This document shows, piece by piece, positions 16,026-28,818 of a DNA stretch of 64,000 bases (its first letter is position 1; every line of letters starts with the position of its first letter). This stretch comes from Oikopleura dioica. Lineage: Eukaryota; Animalia; Chordata. The stretch spans positions 4,712,001 to 4,776,000 of the forward strand of contig OU015567.1 in NCBI GenBank assembly GCA_907165135.1. Direction: 5' to 3'. Position numbers and translations under genes: made by a program. Under the pieces are notes generated by a model. It was not told the DNA's origin, searched no databases, and saw only the letters and a program-made list of their open reading frames with translations.

Positions 16026-19000
16026 TTAGTACAGAAAAGCAGTAAGGAGAACCAAAATAGCTAAATATGAGTTAGATCCTGAATTGTCTCTAGAAGTTCT
16101 TTACCTGAAAAAGTAAGAGCAGCAGCATCACCACCCTCACCATAGCAGATTGAGTCATCAACTTCACCCTTGTTGCAGAAAGGAGTGGCACTTGCATCGC
16201 AGGTCTTTCTGCTGACAGATGCTTGTTCTCCATCTGGAGCCGTGAATTGAGTACACTGAGTTCCCTCAATTTCGAAAGTTGAGCAACCCTTAGAATAAGC
16301 AACATCTTCATCGTTTTCGGTCACACGGACGTTGAAGCATCCAGCATTGGCCCATTTTGGACACAAGTGTCCCTGAAATTGGGTGAATTTCGCTCCCAAA
16401 ATATTTTTCGCTACCTGATCTTCGGGACTTGGCTGATTTCGGCAGTATTCCATCCAGTCTTTGCCCATTGAAGAGTCAGCGAAGCATTCTCGGCACATGA
16501 CGTTCTTCTTGCCAGAGTCAAACTTGTCCAGAAGAGCTTCGATTGTATCCCGGTTGCAGACCTCGCCCTTCTCAGCTTTGCACTGTTCCTGGCAGTGCTT
16601 GTACATGACAGGTCCATGGCTGCCTGAAATATGAGATAAAATCTATTTTCAGAAGACTTCTCAGTACCTTCGTTACAGTAAGTTTCCGCTTCAGTCTGTT
16701 GCTTGCAGCCTCGCTTGATTCGCAAAACCTGTCGACCATTGGTCAGCCAGTCAACTTCCAAATCGTTCGAACAATACGGAACTCGTCCGCCACCAACACT
16801 CTCGTCGCAGACTTGCTCGTATTCCTTTCCAAGTCCATCTTCGAAGCAAAGATGATTTCCAGAAGTGACGTTTCCGAAGAAGTCCATTTCGGCCTCGCAT
16901 GAGATGCATTTCAGAGTCAGATCGGGACCGGGGTTTTCAAGGACTTTAGACGGCTTTTTTTGTATCTTTTGTCGCGAGAATTGATCGGATTATCTTTTTG
17001 TTTCGTTATAAGAAGAAATGAATTAATATTAATTTCTAAGAAAAATTTCTCAATTATGGTTCTCAAAAAAGAGCCTTTCCTTGATCATTGCATCTATCCT
17101 CATCGCACCATTCTCGGCAAGTGGTGTAGACAGTTGAAGAGCTTCCTCCACCTCCACCAAGAATAGTATCCTCGCAAGATGGCGCATTGACTTCATCCTT
17201 TTTTCAAAGTATAATCTCCCTTCATTTCAAACCGTTACCTCAGTAAATGAAGAGCAGCCTCTGTAGGCTTCCAAAAGCTCAGTTCCGTATTCAACGTGCC
17301 AGTTCTTAGCGGTGTAGCATCCATTATCTTCATAGAGCTCGCATTTCTTGGCGTCGCCAACATGTGTGTTTGTATCGCAGTCTTGGACACCGATGTTCTC
17401 ACCTTGGAACAGTTTTGACATGTGTTCCGAATGAAAAAATAAATACCTGGGCGCTGGGAAAGATGACAAGAGTGGCATCTAGAGACTTTCTTGGTCGAGA
17501 AAAGCTCGTAGATATCATTGTTATTGTTGCATCCGAGGACGTTAGAGTCGCAAGAAGTTGCGCAAGTTTTTTGAGACCATTGGCCATTTGCGTCGCTCAA
17601 GAATGTCTCGCAGTTATCCTTTTTGGTTGGTGGGTCGACTGATTTGTGTGAAGTGCAGCCTCTTGAATTGGGCTTGGAATGATAGCGAAAAAAAAAATGA
17701 TTTACCGAGTGACTCGATGGAATTGATTTCCTCGCTGATTCCAGTCTGCTTCAAACTCAGTGAAGCAATATGGCTTGTCTTCAGGACAGGTAGTCAGGTC
17801 GGATGGAGCAAAATTCTCAGGCCTTCGGCATCGTTCGTCTCCAGAGCCGACAGCGATTCCGAAATCATCCCAAGAGTATGAGCATGAGAAGCACTAGAAA
17901 ACTTTAGACTCGTTCATTCTAAGAAAGTGTACCTTCATAGGCTGTTTGACTTCTCCGGAGTTGCAAAATGGCGTCTTGCAAGTTTCTTTGCAAGACTCAG
18001 TGTATCGATGAGCGTTGATGTCGTAGTATTCTCGGCAGTTGACGCTGTCGGTAGTCGCGACATTTTCATTGTCTTCCTCGAGGAAGTCGAAGCTAGAGCA
18101 CCCCTTGTGGTAAGCAATGTCGCTGTCACCGGGACTGGAATCACCATCGGGCTTGATGACGGCATCACGGACGTTGAAACAGGCTCGGTCGGCCCAGGAA
18201 GGACATCCAGTTGGGTCAATTGGGCTTGGAACATTTCTGCAGTACTCGATTTCTTCGGGAGAGCTAGTCGAGTTGGCAGAGCAAGATCGGCAAGCAATCT
18301 CAGTATTGTTAACACCGTGCATGGCAATGACGCCTTCAACATTTCGTCGATTACACTCGTTGCCAAAGGAACCAGTTGGATCACATGTTTTGACGCAATT
18401 ACGAGTCTGGATACCTTCACTTACAATTTCGACGTTACAGACATCAAGGTCGTTGTTCTCTTCTCTAAGAATTTCAAAGCAGCCTTGAGTGACTGTAATT
18501 GTTTGTCGACCGTTTGGCTCCCAGACGACTGTCGCGCTGGACTCGCAGACAGGCTTGAATGGACTTCCGTCAACTGCAGGGCAAGATACCCAGAGAATAT
18601 CTTCATCGTCTCTGTCGAGATTTTCGAAGCACTTGGCGTTTCCAGCAAGGAGATTGCCCATATGATCCATAGTTGCGACGCAAGCAGCGCATTTCGGCGC
18701 TACTGGAGGTCGAATCGGGGTGAAGTTGCAGTCAGAAAAGCCATCGCAGACTTCGCGACAGACGGTGAGATCGAATGCTTGAGAGTCCATGTTGCCGCCG
18801 ACAATTTGTCTGTGACACTCTTGTCGGAGCTCTTCTTTGGTGAAAGAAGAACATCCGTGGAAGAATTGGGCCTTGGTGTTCTCGCCCTGTGGCCAATCAG
18901 CGATCCAGTTTGCCGAAGTGTAGCATCCGGCGTCGGCAAAATTTGGGCATCGAGACTGCTGGAGGAATCGGCAAACTCCGCCGCCAATTTCTTCTCCTTC

Positions 19001-20341
19001 CTGCTCATCGGAACAGATGTAGCATCGGTTGATGTTGCCAGTCTCGAAGAGGTCGAATACATTGTCGTGGTAGTTGCAAGCGATCTGATCGTTGCAGGAG
19101 GTAGAGCACTGCTTGATAGCCCAGAGGTTGTTGAAATCGCTGGAGATGGAAGTCTTGCAGTTAGTTTCGGGAGTTTCTTCCTGGGGCTGCTCGTCGCCGC
19201 AGTATCGCTTGATTGTGTGCTGCTGTTCGCCAGTTTCGACCATTCGGGCAGTCATTTCAACGACGCAGTGGTGTTTGTCAGCAGGGCAATCTTGCATCTG
19301 GATTGGGCCCAAAAGATCGTGGAAAGCGCAAGCTGGGTCTCCCTTGATACCACCATGGTCGCTCCAGGTATACTCACAAGTGTAGCACTTAGTGGGGAGC
19401 TCTTCGAGAAGATCTTCGTTGCAGTAGTCGCCGTCCTTGCAGGTTGTCTTGCAAGCTTCGCCCCATTCGAAAAATTGACCGCGGAACTCTTGGCAGATGA
19501 TTCCGTTCTCGTCAGCATCATCATTGTAGGTGTCAAAGGCAGAGCATCCCTTGTGGTAGCCGACATCCGGTTTGGTCTGGTTGATATCAGGTCGGAGAGT
19601 GATTTCTTCGACTTCAAAGCAGCCTCGGGAAGCCCATCCAGGGCAGTCATCAGGGCTTGCGGTCTTATCATTGAGAGCCTTACAGGCATCAATATCAGCC
19701 TGGTCGGAACCGTATACAGCAGAGCATGTGTGACATTTAACTTTGTTGGCGCCAGCGTCTTGAAAGTGCAGTTCTTCGACCTTTGCCAACCCGTATCCAA
19801 GCTTTGTCCAATCGGCTGATGTTTTATCCATAGCATTGCAAGGAACCTTGGCATCGCCGATTTGTTCAATCTCATCGCTTCTGCAGAGATTGTAACACAA
19901 GTGAAATCGTTCGTTATTGGTCCAGACGGTGCAATCCTCATCAGGAATTCCAACTGGATGGACGTAGCATCCTCTGTTGATTTGGAAGTTTTCTCGGCCA
20001 TTTGATTCCCACTTGAATTATTTTTATATCTAGAAAATAACCTGCCCTTTTACCTGAACAAAAACGGTCGTCTCACAGCTACTGACAAAGCCCTCACTTT
20101 CAGGAGCGGCACAATTTATAAAATTTGGGAAGTCAGTAGTGTTTCCCCCAGCTTCAATGAAGTCCATATAGTCCAAATATTTTTGGTTCATCACTTCATC
20201 ATTATCGCAGTCTTCATCACCGAAGAGCCTTTTTCCAGTATGATCTCTGACGACAAAGCAAAATGCACAAACATGATCCTCTCCGAAGGCTTTGACTCCG
20301 CTGCTCGCCAGATAACTGGCGAAAAAAGCGAAGCTTCTCAT
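16026..20341 (-). CDS. Large, probably GPI-anchored protein made of about ten tandem Ly6/uPAR (three-finger)-like Cys domains
   Basis: Signal peptide MRSFAFFASYLASSGVKA; repeated CxxC...CPx(W/F)AxxGC(F/Y)...KGCSxF...CxxxC...CN units; C-terminus GEGGDAAALTFS|AILVLLTAFLY* resembles a GPI signal. Confidence 0.8.
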
Positions 20342-20569
20342 TTCACCGGAGCGAGATTCGAAATGACCAACGTTTCATCAAAAAAAAGAAGCTCCTAGCT
20401 TTGGCAATATAAAAATTTTATCAAGAACTCAAATGATATTTGGCCACGGATGTGGTTACAACGGTAACGCCCCGCTGGCCAACTGTGACATGCCCAAGGG
20501 CGATAGTGCACTCTTATCTTGATACTACCGGTGGTCATTGCAAATAGTACTTGGCGCAGAAACTATAGG

Positions 20570-22143
20570 TCAGAAGCCGTTGCCTGGACCCGGGTAAGTG
20601 GCAGGTGCAGAGTTACAATCGTTATCGCTGCATGAACTTTTGCATGTTGTGTGTCTTGAAGCGTCGAGAATAGCCGGCTTACAATCCTGCATAATCGTAA
20701 ATAGCAAAATTGCGTTTTTCAAGGTAACTTTGTTACCTCAGTTTCAGGTTCCGTAAATGAGCTGCAATGCCTAAATAATAGGTCAAAATCGTGACTTGAT
20801 GAATGAATTACCGATAAACTTCGAAATCTTCTTCATCTTCCCAATTTGTTCCTACATAGCACCCAGCATTCGCGAATTCCGGGCATGCTGAATACTCAGA
20901 ATCGCCGTCCAAACATTCCTGGGTATTATTGCACGTCATGCAGCTGCTGACTTTTCCGGAGTTGAAGAGGTCGAAAATGTCGTTTCCTTCATTGCATCCG
21001 TAGGAAGAGCAGGACACGCGGCAGTCTCTTGTTTTCTCATTGTTGACAGATGACTCGATGCAATTTGCGTCTTCGCTTATTTCTTCCGGCGAAGGGTGCG
21101 CTGAACATCCTCGGACGAGGTGGTGAATTTGTTTGCCTGCTTTTGTCCATTCAGCGGTCATTTTTGTCGCGCAAAATGGTTCTTCGAAATCACAGGTTTC
21201 GAGATTTTCAGCGGTTGAGTTGAAACAAGAGCCAAATGAAGAATCTTGAATGAAGGGATCGAAGGTTTCTTCGCAAACATGGCAGCGGGAAAGCGGTCGA
21301 AGATCATTTTGATTACAGTTTTTTCCTGGCCAAAGTTCTATCTGATCAAAGGAAAAAAATCAACTTAGTTTGAGATGACTAAGGGTGTCATTTTTTGGTC
21401 TTGATTTTCGCTATTGAGAACTTTGTCTTGGCATGTTTGCCTACAGATGTCTGAGTCTTTCTGTATTTCGATGCAGGTATCTACTCCCGAAAATGCAGAG
21501 CATCCTCTGTGATACTCTTTTGCCTCCATTTCCAAGTTATCATCATCTTCATTCAGCTCGAATTTTGCTGAGGAAAAGCACCCATGATTCGCCCAAATAG
21601 GACAATTTTCAGTCGTTCCTTCTGTCTCGCAGTTTTCTCCAGAACAGGTTTGGCAGGAAAGATCTGTTTTTCCGGAATCATGAAGCGCGATAGTCGAGAG
21701 CATATTATTCCGATTGCATTCGTACATATATTCTTCCCGAGCGTCACAGAAGCTTGTGCACGATCTCCAGTGCTCTCCAGTCGAAGAACTGATCACTTCA
21801 TCGAGGCAGAATTGATCATTATGCTCTTCAGTGCCGCTGCGAACTTCCGCGCAGCTTCGAAATACAGTCAGTGTTTGCCTACCGTCTTCAGTCCAATGAG
21901 TTACCGCGGTGGACTCACAGACAGGGTCCAAACCGATCAGAATTGGACATTGTCTCCATGTTACTCTACTGTCATCCTGAAAGAAAACATTTTATTGTGC
22001 CATTCCTTCCCCTTTTTTCCATAAAAACAATTTTCAAACCTCTTCAAGATCTTCAAAACAAGCATGATTGCCCTCAATATTCCCTAAATGATCCATAACT
22101 CCGACGCAAGCGGCACATTTTGCCTGTTGTCCATTGCAATTTC
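20570..22143 (-). CDS. Shorter paralogue with about four Ly6/uPAR-like Cys domains (5' exon unresolved)
   Basis: AKCAACVGVMDHLGN, CPIWANHGCF, YHRGCSAF, CPEFANAGCY, CKSSCSDNDCN match the repeats of the neighbouring gene. Confidence 0.7.
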
Positions 22144-22793
22144 CTGTAAAAAGGAAAAATAACAGTGTTTCTCTCATCTTTGAGAAATCTTCAGTTTTTT
22201 GGATTTTTGCGACGGGATTTTTTTATAAGTTCAGCTCAAAGTTCACTTTTTGACGCATAATTTATGCGGCATAAACTGACAGGAGAAAAAATCATATACA
22301 TTGTAGCCTCGAAATTACTTGCAGAAATAAAAGAAGGCATCAATTTTTATTTTTATCACAATTTTTTCCTCGGTTTTCTCAAAAGAGACGTTGAAATATC
22401 CATTGACGTCTCTTTTATATAGATTTTAGAAAAAGACCATTCTTCAAAAGAGACATCTTTTATTTGAATTATGTATATTTTGATCTACTGGCTCTGTTTT
22501 GGGTCTTTGACAAGGCATTATTCTGACAAGAGCTCTGAAAATGAAGCATTGGTTTTCCAAATTGAATCATTGCATTGAAAAAGCGGATTCAAAAAGCATC
22601 AGACAACATAAATATTTAGCCTATAGTTGCCTATTCTATTTTTTTGCCTAAACTTGATTTATATATAAAACTTGAAATCCTCCGGAGTTATTATGCGGAT
22701 GTACAGAAAGCTCAAGTCCAAACGCTCTTGCGAGTTTTTCTTGATCTTCGAGAGTTGACCTTAAAATGGTTACGGCCTATAATTTGGTTATTA

Positions 22794-24668
22794 TTACATG
22801 TAATTGCGCTGAAAAGACAGGTATTGGATGTGTTGCCACATGGATCTTTCCATTTCTTTTTTCGTCTTTTGGGGGAAGTGTTTGCAGATATCCTCTTGTA
22901 ATGAAGGCTCTGCAATGCCTGCTTTGGTCCGAATCACGCCCGTCACGGTGAATAAAACATCTTCAAGCTTGAATCCCTTCGCATCCAATGTCGAAGCTTC
23001 TTGATAAATCTTCTCGCCAACTTCGGCAGTCATTCCTGCGCAAGGGCCAGAGCAAAATGATGGAAAGAAATGACCACTCGCCCATTGTTCAAAAGTGACG
23101 TTGTATTTTCCCCATCGATGTGGTCGGGCATTTTCGCCAAGAAATCCAAAGCAAGTGAGATCACTCGCCTCAGGCAAATTGTAATAACTATCGAGCTGCT
23201 CGACATCTAGCAGGACATCATCGTCGATAAAATTTACGTGTCCTCCCTTTTTGCAATATTCTGCAAAATAAGTATACCCAGTCATCGTTTTCTGAGGAAG
23301 ATTGTCGTATTCATCGATGAAGTTTCCAAGAACCAAGTCGTTGTGATTTTCGATTTCTTCTTGAATGGATGCTTCAATTGATGGATCTGCCGAAGATTTG
23401 CCTTTTCCAATCAGAAAGCGCATTTGAGGAAGATGATCAATTGGAATTTTCGTGGAGTTTTTGTCGAATTCTTGAAACGCTCGGAGAAAATTTCGACGAT
23501 CAGTATTCGTCCTTGAACTTTTGACGAGATATAAATAAGAAGATGCATCGCAAGATGGCGCAACTTCAATTTCTATCGTCCATTGCGCTTCTTCTCGGTA
23601 AATATCAGGCAGGTCGTAGTCCATTAGCTTCGGAGGCTTTCGATCCATTCCCCAGTCGTAGTTATCCTCGTAGAAATCTTTGAACGCTTTCAACTCAAAC
23701 GGGAGTTGAATAAGATTGTAACAGTCTTTATCCAAGCTCAATCCTTCAATATTAGCGCGATGACGGACGATTCCAGTCAACCAACCTATTCGCCGCTCTT
23801 GAATGCTTCTCATGTATGGCTTGACATTTTCCATCTCCCTCGAATACATCTTGATAACATCTCCCCTCAGCGCGAAAACCGGATTTTCTCCACAGCCATA
23901 AATTTGGTTTGAATCTTGTGTTTTTGTTTTGAAGCAAATCATTTTCCTCCGCCCCTCGAAATTTGACGCCAGTTTTTCAGTCACGCTCGTGATTTTTTCG
24001 GAATCAACGAGGTCAGTTGTGTAGGCAAAAATTGCCACTTCAGTTTCATTTAAATTCATTTCTGCGGCGAGATTCACTGCTTTCATGAGCAAAGTGTATT
24101 CTTCCAATTCGCTTGCGTTTCTAGAGCAAAAGTGGAGATCTTGAAACTTTTGGCCTTCTTCTTTTGTTTTTTCATCCTCAAAAGTGATGATGGAGTAATT
24201 CATCGGAAGCATGGATTCATCGGGCTCCACACTCATCCACATTTTCATATACGCCCTGACAAGTCGTCTCTGCTCAGTTTTCTCCGGAAGAGAACGATAA
24301 AAGATATGAATATTCGTCGCTTTCAGGGTCGGAGAACGATTTTTCTCGAGGATAAGAGGCTGAAATCGAGTCGGTGCCCCCTTTATTTTGGGTATTTGGT
24401 CATCATTACTTTCGTTATTCGTGGGTAGTTTTTTTTTCTTAATTTGCTTCAAAACTGCTTCAAATTGATCTGACTCCCTTTTCTCTTGGGCTTTCGCTTT
24501 TGCTGATGATGTTGATGCGGCAGTTGTCGTTGAATTTTGATGAATGAGCCGATGGGCTGTATTGGTATTTTCCGTCGCGAATATGATGAATAAGACTGTA
24601 GGGAATATTAGGAACAAATAACGTCGTCGGACTGCGCGCAGTCTACTGTAGCAAAAATACTGTAGCAT
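22794..24668 (-). CDS. GT31-family beta-1,3-galactosyl/GlcNAc transferase-like type II membrane protein
   Basis: N-terminal TM helix; RRNFLR; DLVLGNFIDEYDNLPQKT; IDDDV (DxD); FPSFCSG; LEDVLF motifs in one long ORF. Confidence 0.9.
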   Translation of the reverse strand: MLQYFCYSRLRAVRRRYLFLIFPTVLFIIFATENTNTAHRLIHQNSTTTAASTSSAKAKAQEKRESDQFEAVLKQIKKKKLPTNNESNDDQIPKIKGAPTRFQPLILEKNRSPTLKATNIHIFYRSLPEKTEQRRLVRAYMKMWMSVEPDESMLPMNYSIITFEDEKTKEEGQKFQDLHFCSRNASELEEYTLLMKAVNLAAEMNLNETEVAIFAYTTDLVDSEKITSVTEKLASNFEGRRKMICFKTKTQDSNQIYGCGENPVFALRGDVIKMYSREMENVKPYMRSIQERRIGWLTGIVRHRANIEGLSLDKDCYNLIQLPFELKAFKDFYEDNYDWGMDRKPPKLMDYDLPDIYREEAQWTIEIEVAPSCDASSYLYLVKSSRTNTDRRNFLRAFQEFDKNSTKIPIDHLPQMRFLIGKGKSSADPSIEASIQEEIENHNDLVLGNFIDEYDNLPQKTMTGYTYFAEYCKKGGHVNFIDDDVLLDVEQLDSYYNLPEASDLTCFGFLGENARPHRWGKYNVTFEQWASGHFFPSFCSGPCAGMTAEVGEKIYQEASTLDAKGFKLEDVLFTVTGVIRTKAGIAEPSLQEDICKHFPQKTKKEMERSMWQHIQYLSFQRNYM

Positions 24669-24984
24669 ACTACTGTAGCGTACATTCGGCCTAAAGCCCT
24701 CAGTTGGATGAATACTTCTCAGATTTCGATTTCTCTTATCAGCAACGCTCTTAGCCTTGATAAGAGGTCGCGGACATTTCCAGTGCATTGAATTTATTCT
24801 GATGTTTATCTTTTTTCAAGAAACGATTAAAACAACCATGGACATGGTGGTCTGGATTCGAATTATTGAAAAATTGATTATTAAGATTAACAAATTGAAT
24901 TGCAATATTTATTTCAGAATTTATAATTTTTGACTTTTTATTTCTCGATGAATTATCTGCTTGATCAGGAAAAAAACGAACTAT

Positions 24985-25197
24985 TTACAGATTGAATCGC
25001 TTTCGAAGCATTTGCTTTCTTCTTTCAGAAAATGGCAGTCGCTTACTGCCCCGATATGCGACGACTCTGAAGTCTCCCATCCTTGGAATGCTCCGGTAGT
25101 AAATTGAGGGAGCAGCTTGAAGTGAATTTCGCATGCGATTTTGGTACAATCCATCTGCAGCGACAAGTGAAAAGTAAAGAAAAAGGGTGAATTTCAT
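24985..25197 (-). CDS. Small secreted basic peptide precursor candidate (70 aa)
   Basis: Signal peptide MKFTLFLYFSLVAA; basic sites KR, RRK, RKR; TATAAATA ~45-50 nt upstream on the minus strand (25240-25247). Confidence 0.5.
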   Translation of the reverse strand: MKFTLFLYFSLVAADGLYQNRMRNSLQAAPSIYYRSIPRMGDFRVVAYRGSKRLPFSERRKQMLRKRFNL

Positions 25198-25399
25198 TTT
25201 GGAAGTTTATTTTCTCTAAAAATTGGCAAAAAGAGTTGGTATTTATAGAACGGAAAGTCGTTAAAAACAGGATAGAAATGCGCGAACTCCCGTGACGCAG
25301 GGCTCAAACTTGACAAGCTTGCTCTTGTTGAAATGACTTTGCTTGCTTTTAGAGGCCATTTTTACGAAGTAAAAGGCAAAATTTTGGCTCGAATAATCA

Positions 25400-26881
25400 T
25401 TAGAGCGCTTCAATTTCATTTTTCCAGTTTTTAAAATATTCTTCTTGTTTCAGTCTCTCCTCTTCATCTTCAATTTTATCAAGCCTCGGCCATTTATAGA
25501 CAAATTTTTCGAGCGGTCCTCCCGAACACGCAAGTACGAATCGGGTCGATTTGCAGAGAACTTCGGGAGGTGGCGGCTTTACTGGAGTTTGTTTTTCGTT
25601 TGTCAGAAGATAGTGGAGTCGAGCGTTGAAAATGTTCCTTGCGTATTCGTACAGCCAAACATCGAGAGGCATTAAAGATCTTAAAATTGTTGAAAAATAT
25701 TTAAAAAATAAGCTTGAAGCATGAGTCATGCTTGAAGAATCAAAAAAACAGACAACCTAGGACTCTTCTCACCAGAACAAATTTTCACGTGCCACTCATC
25801 CAAGACACCTCCTTCCTCTCAAAACTTACCGGAGCTTATCCTTCGTCTCGTCAGTTGCTTCCTCATATTGTCGTTCGTTCTCATGGTGCTCAGGTCGACC
25901 TTTCTTCTTATGCGTATTCGGAAACTGATAGTTGAACATGTTCACCGATTCTTCAAAGTTTTCCGTGATTCCGATGAAATCCAACGCTTCCAGGTTCTTT
26001 GTTGCTTTTTCAAGGATTGTCTCAACATCGAGTGTTTGTTCTTCCAAGTCTCGGATTTGAGACTTCATGTCTTTTTCTTTGTCCCAATCGTGCAAGACCC
26101 AACTCGATCCGATATGAGTACCGGCTAGGTAATGAGCCGCGGCCATTCCATCTTGCCAAACTCCCCGAATTTCTTTCCAAGGCATAAATAATCAATTTTT
26201 TTTGATAAAAAGATCGAGAAAAAATTTTGCCCGTTCCCATCATCAGCGAAAAATCGTCGAACATATCGTCTATCGTCTTATCTTTGAGCAATTCCGCCGC
26301 CCATGCTAACGGACCTTTAATAAAATTAAAATGAGAAGCAGCTCTTGCTACTGGGTCGCGAAATAAGGAGACAACGGCCATTTGCTCTTTCTTCTTTTCG
26401 AAGATCGATTTTCGAAGGAGCTCGACTTGGGTCCAGTCGAAATGTTTTTGTCTACTCAGGATGTTGGCGTTTTTGTAGCCGCCCTCTGTTTTTGGAACGG
26501 GGAGCATTTCGTTGGTGATATTTCTAGGGCCGAATTCATTGAATGAAAAGTAGAAGGTTCTTACTTGGTGATGAAGCTCTCGAAAGTCGTTCCTCCTGTC
26601 TTCGGAATGTGCAGAAAGCAAATATACGCTCGCTTGATAATTTTTGGAATGGACAAATCCGTGCTTTCTGTCTCTTTCTCCGCCTCTAGAATTTTCGATG
26701 GCAAAACGAGCTCCGGAGCTTCAGTGGAGTTTTTTCGAAGTTTCAACTTTCGCCTTTGCTTTTCTCTCTTTTTCTGTCTTTTTAAAAATTGCTTTTCGAG
26801 GTTTTTATCGTGGATTTTTAGAATGTATAAAATTGTAAAGAATACAAAAATGAGAAACAATGGCCTTTTACGAAAGACCAT
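25400..26881 (-). CDS. Golgi carbohydrate sulfotransferase (Sulfotransfer_2 / HS 2-O- or 6-O-sulfotransferase-like)
   Basis: N-terminal TM; 5'-PSB motif FLHIPKTGGTTF; 3'-PB motif SLFRDPVARAASHF; FIGITENFEES. Confidence 0.85.
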
Positions 26882-27072
26882 ATTAATTAGTTTAAATCTC
26901 CCTTATTTACTGTGCAAGAAGTTCAACCTTCGAATGCGGCTGAAACAGCCTCCGGCCATTTCATGAAACGAAGTACTAGAATAATGATTAGAAAGAATTT
27001 ATTACAACATCAAATAAATTAACGAATGGATTGAAAAAAAGAGAGGGAGGAGTGTAAGGAGGAGAAATGTCT

Positions 27073-28818
27073 TTAGTATCTGTCGAGTCCCATGATTCTG
27101 TTCATGCTTCCTTTCTGGAATCGTGCGTTCTTGACTTCTCCTCTGAAAGCTACAAAAGACGGACCAGGATCGCCGCCGATGATTTTCAGCCCGCTCAGCT
27201 CCCGAAAGCTGTGTTCTCCAGGGTCGCCGCTTGTCTGCCCGCCATAGCCTCCTACGTAATCGGTTGGTCCGCTCAAATCGTTCATCAGATGTCGGAAAAG
27301 TCGGCGATTTCCGGCGATGCTCTGAATTGCCGTTGAAACTGTATTCCAGCCGGAACCCTGGTTCTCGTTCAAATAATGCCCATCGATGCATTGCAACCAG
27401 CCATTGTTCGACCCAGAGCTGCCATGATTGCAGTAATTGAATGGAGTCGGAAGAAGATTGTAGGAATTCTCGTCATATGAGTTGCTGCCTTGTCGAATGT
27501 CCCCATCATCGTCGGTCGTCACGGTGAAAATGCCCTCGTAGACGATTGGTGTGCCGGTTGCAAGAGATTGGTCCCAATAGAGAGGGTAATTGACGCTGTT
27601 AAGAGGGTGGACCTTGATGTCCATTGTAAGGAAGAAGTCGTTGCCGATGGTTGTGTCGTCGATGCTGGCGTATTCTCTATTGTAAACGATGGATTCTTCT
27701 CTACAGTCGATTAGAGTCCAGCAGTCCTAAAAATTTGATAAGGAAAAATCCGAATTTGATAAATATCGCGTTATATGAAACAAACCTCTCTTCCATGGCA
27801 CGGATCGCAAAAATCATCAGCATTGTCATGCTGGCAGTTGGAGCTGAAATTGTCTACATAGTTGAGCGCAACGCCTTCGAAATTTTTGCCCGTAGCGATG
27901 TTGATATCGAGAAATCGGCTTTCAATATCGCAGTCAGCATCGTCGCAAATGAAGATATTCGACTCGAATCCAGCGTGGCAGCCTTGGATCAGGATCATTT
28001 CGTGTCCATCATCGGTGGTGCCCTGGTATCGCAAGTTGTACTTTCCAGCTTCGCCGTAGAGTTCTTCGGAGAGTTTCGCGTCAAGGTTGATTTCGCGGCC
28101 GTTTTCTTCAAAATCCCCTTCTGCGTGGAAAAATAGGTTTTCAGTTCCGTCATCTGCAGAGACAGTTCTTGCATAAACTCGGCGACCTTGTTTGTTTCTT
28201 TCTCTGGGGCCGAGTTTGTATTCTCCCGTGTGTTCTTCCCTGATTTCGGTTTGCGTTATCTCAGCGACGTAGTTCGAGAACCAGCGAAAATCAGCCCGCT
28301 GGCATTCTCCTTCATCGTGTAAAAACGAACCTGGTGTCTTTGCGATCACCCATCCTTCCTCGAACATGCCGTAGATGTCGTTTATTTCGAGGCCTTCGCC
28401 GTCAAAGTCGGAGATCGAGCAGTCAGTTTGAGCTGGAAGATCGGGAATGAGTTTCTGGAGGCCATGGAGCTCTTTGAATTGGTTGAGCCGAAGTCGTTGT
28501 TGTTTCAAGAGAAGGTTGAAGAGATTCACCATTTTTTGCGATTATGATTTGAAAAGATCGATGAGGGTTTTTAAACGAATGCGAATTTCAAGGTTTCTAG
28601 AGCCACCTGCTGGATTTGATCTAAGAAGCCGATTGTGGACGCTGATTTGGGCTATCATTTGGGCTATCTGCTGCTGATCTGCTGAAGATTTGATAGAGTT
28701 GAAGAGCATTGTAAAAAATCTTTATATATTTATTTTTACAGTAAAAGCTTAACATTGGCACCAAGTAAAAGAACACCAAAACCGATGGCAAAGCCATAGC
28801 AATTAAGAATAACTTCAT
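27073..28818 (-). CDS. Secreted protein with lipocalin/ApoD-like domain fused to an uncharacterised Gly/Asn-rich C-terminal domain
   Basis: Signal peptide MKLFLIAMALPSVL; C..DFD...GMFEEGWVIAKTP...ECQRADF resembles lipocalin SCR1; a second long exon at 27073-27700. Confidence 0.55.

Noticed and set aside
17927-19819. 630-aa plus-strand ORF
   Set aside because: Antisense shadow of the Cys-repeat gene; similar shadows occur over the mucin, CUB and EGF genes.
24644-24680. Three TACTGTAGC repeats around the GT31 start codon
   Set aside because: Too short to support a function.
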